IMG/VR virus record: IMGVR_UViG_3300025150_000124
Coordinates: 1-24,621 of that record
Length of the DNA stretch: 24,621 bases
Source of the DNA: a virus
Lineage: Duplodnaviria; Caudoviricetes
Direction: 5' to 3' (one strand)
The translations under genes were made by a program, and so were the position numbers. Under the pieces are notes generated by a model. That model did not search any database. It was not told the origin of the DNA and saw only the letters and a list, made by a program, of their open reading frames with translations. Positions 1 to 7,949 of the stretch are shown here, piece after piece (within the stretch, counting starts at the first letter, position 1; each line of letters begins with the position of its first letter).

Positions 1-720
1 AAATTGAAAGATTTGTTTTCTGATTTAAGGCTTACTATGGAAGAGTTAATACAATATCCAGAGCAATTACACGATTGGTTATTATCTAATTATGGTTTTA
101 TAAAAACGGATTCTCCTGATTTGCCAACATATTTACCTGCCGAGTTTATGAAACAATTTAATGATAAGGCTAGTGCTAAAAAGCCACAAAAAGATGTTGT
201 TGAAAATGGCAAGTTTACTGTAAAAGTACAAACAGAGCAGGGCGAGGAAGAGGTCCAAGCGGAGAGAATTCAAAATGAGGAGAGAACGAATTCTTTCTTT
301 AAAAGAGCCGAAGCCGTTAAGCCAAATATCGATGGTTTCAATTCAACGGCAGAAAAGACTAAACATCTTAAGAGCATGGCTAATCAGATCAAAAAAGCGG
401 GGACAGCAATGTTAACAGCCAATTCTAGTGGATATATCTCTGCTGAGATGATGGAAAATGCAGACCCCGAAGCCGTTGCCGAAATGCAAAGTTTAATATC
501 TGGCGGTGAAATTGCATCTTCGTTGCCAGCATCTGGCGATGATGAGATACCCGATATTGTTTTACAAATGGCAGATAAGAGTGCCGGAATGAATCCTGCA
601 TCAAAAAATGCTGCAGATTTATTAAAATTACAACAGATGCAACAGAGGGTTCAAAATTCAAGAATGAATTTTGAGTCTGGTGAAAATAGAGGCAAAGGCG
701 GATTTTCAAGGTCTGGATAA
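1..720 (+). CDS. Hypothetical protein, probably 5'-truncated by the window edge
   Basis: Frame is open from base 1 to TAA at 718-720; no recognisable family motif. Confidence 0.75.
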   Translation, partial: KLKDLFSDLRLTMEELIQYPEQLHDWLLSNYGFIKTDSPDLPTYLPAEFMKQFNDKASAKKPQKDVVENGKFTVKVQTEQGEEEVQAERIQNEERTNSFFKRAEAVKPNIDGFNSTAEKTKHLKSMANQIKKAGTAMLTANSSGYISAEMMENADPEAVAEMQSLISGGEIASSLPASGDDEIPDIVLQMADKSAGMNPASKNAADLLKLQQMQQRVQNSRMNFESGENRGKGGFSRSG

Positions 721-735
721 AAGAAAGTGTAAGTT

Positions 736-1038
736 ATGCCCCTTATTGTAATTGATAATAAGCGTGTTGATTTAACCTATGATGAGATTCAGCTTTATAA
801 TAAAATAGTTGCGTCTTATACTAATTTAACAAATAAAGGCGAAGATTTATTTATTGATTTATTTGAGACAGATGATAATGGTACTATCATCTTTCTAAAA
901 CCACCATCAAAAAGACAGACGAGTTTTGAGGTATTTTTATTTCTAATGGCAGTTATGCAGCAACAGCACATAAGATTAATGTATAAACAAGTTGAAGATT
1001 TGTGTGCCCAAGTGAATGAAAAACTAAAAGATAAGTAA
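736..1038 (+). CDS. Hypothetical protein (100 aa)
   Basis: ATG 15 nt after the previous stop; fits the gene packing; no motif recognised. Confidence 0.75.
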   Translation: MPLIVIDNKRVDLTYDEIQLYNKIVASYTNLTNKGEDLFIDLFETDDNGTIIFLKPPSKRQTSFEVFLFLMAVMQQQHIRLMYKQVEDLCAQVNEKLKDK

Positions 1039-1124
1039 TTTTATAGTATTGCCTCCAAAATTAACAAAATATCGTTTGTCGAGAGAAAGTTCCAAAGATC
1101 CCATTATTATAGAGGAAGTTAATT

Positions 1125-1634
1125 ATGACGAATAAAGTAAGTCTCAGTGATTTTCTAGGCGACAGTTTGGAGGAAAATTTTTTAGAATTTGACCTAACTA
1201 GTATTCAAGAAGTCTTAGAATCGTTAGCTGAAGAGAGTGCTCATGATTTATCTCATGCAGAGTTATTGCAGCAGAAATCATTGAGGGGAGCAGATATACT
1301 CAGTGAGTATCTTTGCAAAATAGTTAAGACAGTAAGTTATTTGGAAACTAAAATAAATAGTACAAAAAATAAAGTGTCCCTTGAGTATACTGCTCCAGAA
1401 GGCACAAGAACTACATCAGAAATGAAAAAATGGGCAGGCGAATCATCATCAGAAGTTGAGGAGTTGCAAATCAGATTGGCAAAAGCTAAAGCCAGTAAGA
1501 TGGTATTAGAGAAGAAATATGATATTTTAATAAAAAGCCATCATCATTTTAAAGATATTGCCTCCGGTATGCGAAAAACGATCCTCGGATATAACTCTGG
1601 TACAACAGAAAAAGTGCCCGAAGGCTACGAATGA
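1125..1634 (+). CDS. Putative UvsY-like recombination mediator (helical/coiled-coil)
   Basis: GAGGA RBS; 169-aa predicted helical protein whose stop abuts the recA/uvsX gene. Function inferred from size, helical pattern and position. Confidence 0.5.
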   Translation: MTNKVSLSDFLGDSLEENFLEFDLTSIQEVLESLAEESAHDLSHAELLQQKSLRGADILSEYLCKIVKTVSYLETKINSTKNKVSLEYTAPEGTRTTSEMKKWAGESSSEVEELQIRLAKAKASKMVLEKKYDILIKSHHHFKDIASGMRKTILGYNSGTTEKVPEGYE

Positions 1635-1645
1635 GCGGAGATAAA

Positions 1646-2836
1646 ATGGCAAATAAATTAGATGCATTTTTTAAGAGTTACTCAGATTCAGAAGAACAAT
1701 TAGATTATAGAATGGCTCATGAAACGATTGGAGAAAAGGTTCCAGTTGTATCAACCGGCTCATTATCATTGGATGATGCGTTATCAGCGGGCGGTTTGCC
1801 AAAAGGAAGATTGATACAATATTACGGTCCTTCAGGATCTGGTAAGACATTAATGTCTATGATTGCAATCTATGAAGCTCAGAAACAAGACCCAGACGCT
1901 CAACAAGTATTTATAGATGCAGAACAGACATTTGATCCTACTTGGGCAGAAGTTTTGGGTGTAGATACTTCTAAGATAATTCTTGTAGAAGGCGATATGG
2001 CAGCCAATGGACGTAAGTGTTTTGAAATGCTTTTAGGTGTACCAAAAGAAGATGCCAAAACACATATATTAAAAGGTAAGTCAAAAGAAGGTCTATTGGA
2101 TTTAATTATCAATAAAGAGCTTAACATAAATATGATTGTTTTAGATTCATTAGGGTCTATTCTTCCTCCGGGCGAAGACACTTCTGCTATTGGTAAGATG
2201 AATATGTCGCTACTAGCCAGATTCTTAACCACTACATTTAGAAAACTTAGTTTAGAACTGCATAAAGCCAAGGTTCCATTTATCATAATTAACCACAAGA
2301 AAGATAATATGGATCCATATGGGGGAGATCATACATTCTCTGGTGGAAATACATATTCTCATTTTTTGAGTGCAAATGTTTATTTTGAAGCTGTTCAAAG
2401 AAAAGATGCAATGATTCTTGATGAAAAAGAAAATAAGATTGGTCATCCATTAAGGGCGACGGTTGAAAAGTCTAAGTTTGGACCTTGGCCAAGAAAATGT
2501 GAATTTAAGGTTAATTTTGGAGTTGGTGTTATAGATGTACATGAAGAAATTGCGCAGTTAGCGCTTGATTATAATGTAGTTAATAAACCAACATCGGTAA
2601 CGCATGAATATGGCGACAGGAAGTGGGTTGGTTTTCCAAAATATTGTGAAGCAATTAAAGATGACCCAGAGCTGGCTGCAGAATTAAGAGTAAAGATTGG
2701 TATGGCAAGGGAAGCAAAGCTAGATCAAAAGAGACTTGAGCAAGCGTTAAGAAAAGTTGGAAGGGCTGCCGAAGCAGTATTAGATGCCGTGGAAGAGTCC
2801 AAAAAGACCAAAACCAAGAAAGCAAAGGAAGAATAA
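1646..2836 (+). CDS. recA: RecA/UvsX-family recombinase
   Basis: STGSLSLDDAL..GGLPKGR, Walker A GPSGSGKT, FIDAE, Walker B IVLDS, IIINH, SGG, KSK. ATG 1646 follows GGAG (ORF track starts at 1631). Confidence 0.95.
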   Translation: MANKLDAFFKSYSDSEEQLDYRMAHETIGEKVPVVSTGSLSLDDALSAGGLPKGRLIQYYGPSGSGKTLMSMIAIYEAQKQDPDAQQVFIDAEQTFDPTWAEVLGVDTSKIILVEGDMAANGRKCFEMLLGVPKEDAKTHILKGKSKEGLLDLIINKELNINMIVLDSLGSILPPGEDTSAIGKMNMSLLARFLTTTFRKLSLELHKAKVPFIIINHKKDNMDPYGGDHTFSGGNTYSHFLSANVYFEAVQRKDAMILDEKENKIGHPLRATVEKSKFGPWPRKCEFKVNFGVGVIDVHEEIAQLALDYNVVNKPTSVTHEYGDRKWVGFPKYCEAIKDDPELAAELRVKIGMAREAKLDQKRLEQALRKVGRAAEAVLDAVEESKKTKTKKAKEE

Positions 2837-3162
2837 TGTCTAATGATATTGCGGTAAGTATATCCAACAGGGTTCCTAATGGTAGTTTCATATTGAATAA
2901 ACCGTCGTATTTAATTACATTGGAAGAAAATTCTGGCAAGACAAAAATTACGAAATACTTTATTACGCTAGATAAGCCTGAATTTTTAAATGGATTTGTG
3001 CAGGTGAAGGGATTATTTGCGGAAAAAGAGATGACCGAAGAGGTTGTAATAAATAGTTTTTCCTCGATCTTGACATCTGCCGATAAAGGGTTATTTTTGG
3101 AGATGTTATTTCCGTGGCACAAAATTTGTAGCATACGAAGCCTCGTATTTAAGGCAAAATAA
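2836..3162 (+). CDS. Hypothetical protein (108 aa), beta-rich with C-terminal FPWHKI motif
   Basis: TAATG stop/start overlap with recA suggests translational coupling. Confidence 0.75.
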   Translation: MSNDIAVSISNRVPNGSFILNKPSYLITLEENSGKTKITKYFITLDKPEFLNGFVQVKGLFAEKEMTEEVVINSFSSILTSADKGLFLEMLFPWHKICSIRSLVFKAK

Positions 3163-3204
3163 AGCCGAAAATAATGAAAATAGTTGATAAAAAAAGGTGA
3201 TAAA

Positions 3205-3498
3205 ATGATATCTAAGAGCAATAAAAATGTTCGTGAGAACAAAACAGAAAACGCTATATTAACCGGCGTTTTGACGGTCCTTGATAAGAATAGAGTTTGG
3301 ACAGGAACCATGACTGACTTGAATAAAGAATTAGTCAAAAACCTGGGCAAAAGGGCACCTTTGCCGCGCTCCCCTAGCGCGCTAAGAATTGTCTTAAATC
3401 GCGTAGTCAACAGACTTCGCAACAGGGGAGTTAGTATTAAGTTCGGTCGCACAACTGATCATATGCGTACTCGCTACGTAAAGTTTATTACACGATAA
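3205..3498 (+). CDS. Small basic protein, putative stand-alone winged-helix DNA-binding domain
   Basis: AAGGTG RBS before ATG 3205. WTGTMTDL...PRSPSAL...LNR...LRNRGVSI...R pattern resembles C-terminal wHTH domains of mobile-element primase/helicases; very Arg/Lys-rich. Confidence 0.55.
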   Translation: MISKSNKNVRENKTENAILTGVLTVLDKNRVWTGTMTDLNKELVKNLGKRAPLPRSPSALRIVLNRVVNRLRNRGVSIKFGRTTDHMRTRYVKFITR

Positions 3499-3521
3499 TG
3501 TGTAATGTCTGATAAATTAGG

Positions 3522-3565
3522 TAGATTGTTAAATAGATAAACGTACTAGATTGTACAGAAGATAA
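3522..3565 (+). repeat. Imperfect 19-nt direct repeat in the SSB leader
   Basis: TAGATTGTTAAATAGATAA (3522-3540) vs TAGATTGTACAGAAGATAA (3547-3565), 15/19 identical. Confidence 0.55.
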
Positions 3566-3583
3566 TAACATTAGGAGATCAAA

Positions 3584-4294
3584 ATGACAACAACATTTGG
3601 TGAAGTTTCTTGGAACGATGATGTATTTTCCGGCTCAGAAAAAAAGAATTCGAAAGATCTATTCTTAAGATTAGATGAGGGCTCAAATGAAATGAGACTC
3701 ATAACACAGCCTTTTCAATATTTGGTTCACAAGTATAAGAAGGAAGGTGATCCTGGATTTGGTCAAAAGGTAAATTGTTCTGCCGTTCATGGCAGTTGCC
3801 CGCTATGTGCTGCTGGTGATAAAGCCAAGCCACGTTGGTTGTTAGGTGTAATCAGCCGCAAAACTGGCACATATAAGATTTTGGACGTTTCTTTTGCGGT
3901 GTTTTCTCAAGTTAGAAAGTATGCAAGAAACACAGCGCGTTGGGGAGACCCTACCAAGTATGATATTGACATTGTAGTCGATAAGAACGGTGGCGCAACC
4001 GGATATTATGCCGTCCAACCTATTCCAAAGGAACCATTATCTGCCGCAGATCAACAAATCAAAGATTCTGTTGATTTCGATGATCTAAAGCGCAGAGTTA
4101 CTCCACCTACACCAGATATGGTGCAAAAGAGAATTGATAAAATCAATGGAGTAACCGGGGAAGCCGCAGAAGCTGCACCAACACCAAGTGGTAAGGCAGC
4201 AAAGGCAGCAACCAAAGCCGCTCCTGCTCCAGTAAATATGTCTGAAGAAGAAGATGAATCATTTCCAGCATATGATGGCGATCAAGCCAAGTAA
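3584..4294 (+). CDS. gp32-like single-stranded DNA-binding protein
   Basis: Strong AGGAG RBS; FLRL..G.N..RL, H...C.....CPLC Zn site, KIL, GDP..YDI motifs; Ala/Pro linker and acidic C-terminal tail (EEEDESF). Confidence 0.8.
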   Translation: MTTTFGEVSWNDDVFSGSEKKNSKDLFLRLDEGSNEMRLITQPFQYLVHKYKKEGDPGFGQKVNCSAVHGSCPLCAAGDKAKPRWLLGVISRKTGTYKILDVSFAVFSQVRKYARNTARWGDPTKYDIDIVVDKNGGATGYYAVQPIPKEPLSAADQQIKDSVDFDDLKRRVTPPTPDMVQKRIDKINGVTGEAAEAAPTPSGKAAKAATKAAPAPVNMSEEEDESFPAYDGDQAK

Positions 4295-4314
4295 TCATAA
4301 AAGCTAGAAATATT

Positions 4315-4357
4315 AAGGGACTTAAGGTTTAACTACTTTAGGTCCCTTTTGCTTTTT
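4315..4357 (+). terminator. Rho-independent terminator after SSB
   Basis: 13-bp stem AAGGGACTTAAGG (4315-4327) / CTTTAGGTCCCTT (4336-4348) with two G-U pairs, 8-nt loop, followed by TTGCTTTTT. Confidence 0.85.
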
Positions 4358-4374
4358 CTAGTTATATACTTCAC

Positions 4375-4446
4375 ATGAGCAACTTATCTACAATAGAAGA
4401 ACTAGAAAAGATTTTGCTGTTCTTGAAAAGGATAAAAAATGTCTAA
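4375..4446 (+). CDS. Possible 23-aa leaderless mini-ORF (MSNLSTIEELEKILLFLKRIKNV)
   Basis: TATACT at 4365-4370, ATG at 4375, stop overlapping the ruvC start (ATGTCTAA). Too short to verify from sequence alone. Confidence 0.3.
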   Translation: MSNLSTIEELEKILLFLKRIKNV

Positions 4447-5056
4447 AGTGCTTGGAATAGATATAAGTTCTACGACTATAGGTTGGTGCGTTTTAACAGT
4501 AAATGATCTGACAAAAGAAATACAATTATCTGATTATGGATATGTAAAACCCATTAAAGATGGCTACATTATAGATAGAATGGTTGATACTAGAAACAGA
4601 ATATTATCTATCATTAAACGACATAATCCGGATTATATTGGAATTGAAGATATCATAAAATTTATGAAGGGCAAGAGCACTGCAGATACAATTATTATGC
4701 TTACTACCTTTAATCGTATGATAGGTTTGTTATCATATGATTATTTAGATAAAAAGCCTGAATTATTCAATGTAATGACTATAAGACATGGTTTAAAAAT
4801 GGGAAAAATTCTGCCCAAAAAAGAAGAAATGCCAGAGCTTGTCGCTAAACATTTAGGAATTACATTCCCTTATAAGTACGAGACTGGCAAGCGCAATAAA
4901 ATTACAAAAATTGCAGAGGAAAGTTATGATACTGCGGACGGTATTGCGGTTGCGCTTTATTATGCTTTTGTATTAACTGGTAAAATAAAGCGCAAAAAAC
5001 AAGTGGTAAAAAAGAAAAAAGCAGCAAAGAGAACTAAGAAAGGTCTAAAAACTTGA
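4439..5056 (+). CDS. ruvC: RuvC-like Holliday junction resolvase
   Basis: VLGIDISSTTIGW (catalytic Asp), IGIED (Glu), DTADGIAVA (DxxD); basic C-terminal tail. Confidence 0.88.
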   Translation: MSKVLGIDISSTTIGWCVLTVNDLTKEIQLSDYGYVKPIKDGYIIDRMVDTRNRILSIIKRHNPDYIGIEDIIKFMKGKSTADTIIMLTTFNRMIGLLSYDYLDKKPELFNVMTIRHGLKMGKILPKKEEMPELVAKHLGITFPYKYETGKRNKITKIAEESYDTADGIAVALYYAFVLTGKIKRKKQVVKKKKAAKRTKKGLKT

Positions 5057-5820
5057 ATTTACAGGAAGTCACGAATATATTAGAATTATCATCTGATGTT
5101 TCTCAAGAGAAGAGTAAAGACGATATTGATGTTGAAATTAAGAAGTTAATAAAAATTTGTTCAAAATGTGGATCAGAAAAAGAATATGTTCTTTTTACAA
5201 AGAATATATGCGAACAATGTATGAAAACAATAAGACACGATTATTATCTAAAAAATAGAACTAAAATTAGTGAGAAGAAAAAAATAAAATACATAGAGAA
5301 TAAAGATAATATTGCGCTAGATAGAAAACTGTTTTACAAAAACAATAAGGAAAAGATATTAGCAAAGGTAAAAAAATATAGAGAAAATAATATAATCAAG
5401 CGTGCCGAATATTCAGCCAAATATAGGAAAGTTAATTTACATAATATTGTGCGCAAAAATTCTATTTATAAAAGGAAACGTAGATTGTTTGATCCTGCTT
5501 ATAAATTAAGAGATAATTGTTCTAGGTTAATTAATCACGCCATGCATGGATCTAAAAACGGTCAATCGATATTAAAGTATCTTTATTACTCTATGGAGGA
5601 ACTAAAACATCATTTAGAAAAGCAATTTGATGAAAAAATGAATTGGGAAAATTATGGATCTTATTGGCAGATAGACCATATTATTCCACAGAGTAAATTA
5701 CCATATACTTCTATGGAAGACGATAATTTTAAAAAGTGTTGGTCATTAGATAATTTAAGACCCTTAGAAAAAATTGCTAATATTCGAAAGGGAAATAAAT
5801 TAGTAGGTAAAGTATTATGA
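5053..5820 (+). CDS. Free-standing HNH homing endonuclease with N-terminal Cys pairs and a DnaJ-like first helix
   Basis: CSKC...CEQC, Lys-rich helical repeats, WENYG..WQIDHIIP...NLRPL...N.RKGNK HNH core. TTG start overlaps the ruvC stop. Confidence 0.88.
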   Translation: MNLQEVTNILELSSDVSQEKSKDDIDVEIKKLIKICSKCGSEKEYVLFTKNICEQCMKTIRHDYYLKNRTKISEKKKIKYIENKDNIALDRKLFYKNNKEKILAKVKKYRENNIIKRAEYSAKYRKVNLHNIVRKNSIYKRKRRLFDPAYKLRDNCSRLINHAMHGSKNGQSILKYLYYSMEELKHHLEKQFDEKMNWENYGSYWQIDHIIPQSKLPYTSMEDDNFKKCWSLDNLRPLEKIANIRKGNKLVGKVL

Positions 5821-6773
5821 ATTTAGAAGAAGCTTATCGCATACTTGGGTTATCTTTAAATTCCTCTAAGGAAGAGGCTAAAAAAAAATATCATATCCTA
5901 GCAAAAGAGTTGCATCCCGATATAAATAAAGACGCTGGTGCCGAGGATAAATTCAAAAAAATTAATGAAGCCTATAGTTGTGTGCAATCTGGAAAGGGAA
6001 CAGATAGAGAGGAACAAACTTTTACTAGAAACCCCTTTTCTGGATTCGGTTTTCATCCATTTAGGCAAAGACAGAGAAATTATCAGCCGAGAAATGTCCA
6101 AGTTGATACAACTATATCATTTAAAGAATCCGTATTTGGTTGTAAAAAAGATATTTCATTCAATCATAAAATAAAATGTTCTGAATGTAATGGAGAAGGA
6201 GAACAACAAATTAACAACGGCTGTAGCAAATGTCATGGTATGGGTACTGTTACCCAGCAGCGTGGTAATATGATATTTACACAGACTTGTGATAAGTGTG
6301 GTGGTGTTATACAAACTAAGCCATGTGATAAATGTAAGTCAAGTGGAGCTATAGACGCACAAGCCTCAGTTCAAGTTAATATACCTGGTGGTATCAGAGA
6401 TGGGAATATATTAAGACTTAGTAATATGGGTGATTTTGTTGGTAATTTTATGAATACTGAACAGCGTACTGATGTTCACTTAACCGTTACTGTAATACCT
6501 CACCCAAAGCTAAAGTTGATAGAAAATGATGTTGTACTATTATTGCCGATTTCTTTGTTAGAAGCCCTTTCTGGATGCACCAAAACTGTTGAAACTATAA
6601 ATGGATTTACTGATGTAGAGATTAAGCCCAAATCTAGAAATAATGAACAAATAATCATTCCAAATTTAGGGGTTAATAAACAAGGTTCACAAAGAGTTAT
6701 ATTAGATGTTAAATATCCAGACAATATAGATGGTCTTATTGAGCACCTATCAAAAATTAATCTAGTCGCCTAA
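5817..6773 (+). CDS. dnaJ: DnaJ (Hsp40) chaperone, type I architecture
   Basis: J-domain with HPD and FKKINEAY, short G/F region, four Cys repeats (CSECNGEG, CSKCHGMG, CDKCGGVI, CDKCKSSG), C-terminal IPGG/ISLLEAL.G motifs. Confidence 0.93.
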   Translation: MNLEEAYRILGLSLNSSKEEAKKKYHILAKELHPDINKDAGAEDKFKKINEAYSCVQSGKGTDREEQTFTRNPFSGFGFHPFRQRQRNYQPRNVQVDTTISFKESVFGCKKDISFNHKIKCSECNGEGEQQINNGCSKCHGMGTVTQQRGNMIFTQTCDKCGGVIQTKPCDKCKSSGAIDAQASVQVNIPGGIRDGNILRLSNMGDFVGNFMNTEQRTDVHLTVTVIPHPKLKLIENDVVLLLPISLLEALSGCTKTVETINGFTDVEIKPKSRNNEQIIIPNLGVNKQGSQRVILDVKYPDNIDGLIEHLSKINLVA

Positions 6774-6782
6774 GAGGTATAA

Positions 6783-7121
6783 ATGTTTTCAATGCCATGC
6801 AATAATAAGGGGTGCGGAAAAGTCCAAGAACCTTATATAGACCCTAAAGATGATAAGGTTTATTGTTCTCTGTGTAATAGAGAGATTGATAATGTAACCT
6901 ATTTTGCTAAAATCCAAATGAAGAGTTTAAAACAATATAAACCAAAGGTTGCCACATCTTTCGCCGTAAAATGTGATAAGTGTGGTAAAGAGGCTCGTCC
7001 TTTACTAATAAATGATGATGTCATTTGTGCTGGATGTAAGAAGCCTCTAGATAAACTGAGCGTGCCATTCAGGAATATGTTAAAAGAGAAGCTTAAGACT
7101 GTTGGTAAAGATGTAGCATAA
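6783..7121 (+). CDS. Double zinc-ribbon protein
   Basis: GAGGT RBS; four Cys pairs (CNNKGC, CSLC, CDKC, CAGC) in two similar units. Confidence 0.75.
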   Translation: MFSMPCNNKGCGKVQEPYIDPKDDKVYCSLCNREIDNVTYFAKIQMKSLKQYKPKVATSFAVKCDKCGKEARPLLINDDVICAGCKKPLDKLSVPFRNMLKEKLKTVGKDVA

Positions 7122-7131
7122 GGAAGTCGCT

Positions 7132-7887
7132 ATGTTAGATAAAATTGTGGAGTCATGTAGGTATCTATTAAATAATTTTCCAGAGGCTCAAGAATGCAGA
7201 GATTATCTTAATTCTAGAATAAATGAAGAAAGTCAAGAACGATTTCAATTTGGGTTTTTCCCTAAAATACATGACTTGTCGGCTCTAACTTCATTAGTTG
7301 GTGAAGATATTTTAAAGGAAACAAAGCTAATATATACCAAAGATATAAGTGACTCATACTCTCCAAGGAGTTTGAATTTTTGTTTCTTTGATCAACATCC
7401 GTTGATTATGCCTTATAAAGATGCATATGGAAGAACGGTCGCATTAGTTGGAAGAACTATCTTATCTGAAAATGAAAGAGAAAAATCAAAAATAGCTAAA
7501 TATAAAAACACAGTTTTCCAAAAAAGAAATTATTTGTTTGGTCTTAATGAAAGTAAACAGAATATTTTAGAACAGGACTGCGTTTATATAGTGGAAGGTC
7601 AGCTTGATGTTATCAAATCAATTGAGTCTGGATTTAGAAATGTAGTGGGATTAGGAAACTCAAATATGACATATTATCAATTTTCTATCATTAATAGATA
7701 CACCAATAACATATTCTTATTATTGGATAATGATGAAGCTGGCGAAAAGGGAAGAAAACGTATAAGTAAGCTTTTTGGACAATATGCAAATATACGAAAT
7801 TTTTACTTACCAGATCCGTATAAAGATATCGACGAATATCTATCAAAAAATAGTTATGAGTCTTTATCTTTTGTTGTTAGAGATTGA
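7132..7887 (+). CDS. dnaG: DnaG-type primase catalytic core (TOPRIM), lacking the CHC2 Zn domain
   Basis: YLNSR.I.....F..GF, GR.V...GR, KYKN, LFGL, VEGQLDV, LLDNDEAG.KG, KDIDEY. Confidence 0.9.
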   Translation: MLDKIVESCRYLLNNFPEAQECRDYLNSRINEESQERFQFGFFPKIHDLSALTSLVGEDILKETKLIYTKDISDSYSPRSLNFCFFDQHPLIMPYKDAYGRTVALVGRTILSENEREKSKIAKYKNTVFQKRNYLFGLNESKQNILEQDCVYIVEGQLDVIKSIESGFRNVVGLGNSNMTYYQFSIINRYTNNIFLLLDNDEAGEKGRKRISKLFGQYANIRNFYLPDPYKDIDEYLSKNSYESLSFVVRD

Positions 7888-7912
7888 CAACGAATTTCAC
7901 TATTGATATATT
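7884..7912 (+). promoter_or_regulatory. Near-consensus sigma70 promoter
   Basis: TTGACA (7884-7889), 17-nt spacer including TG at 7904-7905, TATATT (7907-7912), upstream of the HTH gene. Confidence 0.75.
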
Positions 7913-7949
7913 TTGATTTAAACCAACTTTGCACCAATCAGGAACCAAT

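Noticed and set aside
685-720. C-terminal RGKGGFSRSG resembling dUTPase motif V (RGxGGFGSTG)
   Set aside because: None of the other dUTPase motifs is present in the visible 238 aa, which look low-complexity and helical.
2655-3452. 265-aa minus-strand ORF
   Set aside because: Antisense to three well-packed + strand genes with coupled starts; no motif; best explained as a shadow ORF.
5053-5820. Group I intron or intein carrying the HNH
   Set aside because: There is no non-coding flank for a ribozyme core and no intein splice motifs, and the downstream dnaJ is complete with its own start.
5880-5888. A9 runs (also 15645-15653 and 23927-23935) as programmed frameshift or phase-variation sites
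   Set aside because: They encode Lys runs in intact frames and are expected in AT-rich DNA; no meaningful alternative-frame product is evident.
7110-7140. Frameshift or sequencing error splitting a single primase gene
   Set aside because: The upstream protein does not have CHC2 spacing and the primase has its own AAGGA RBS and ATG; treated as two genes.
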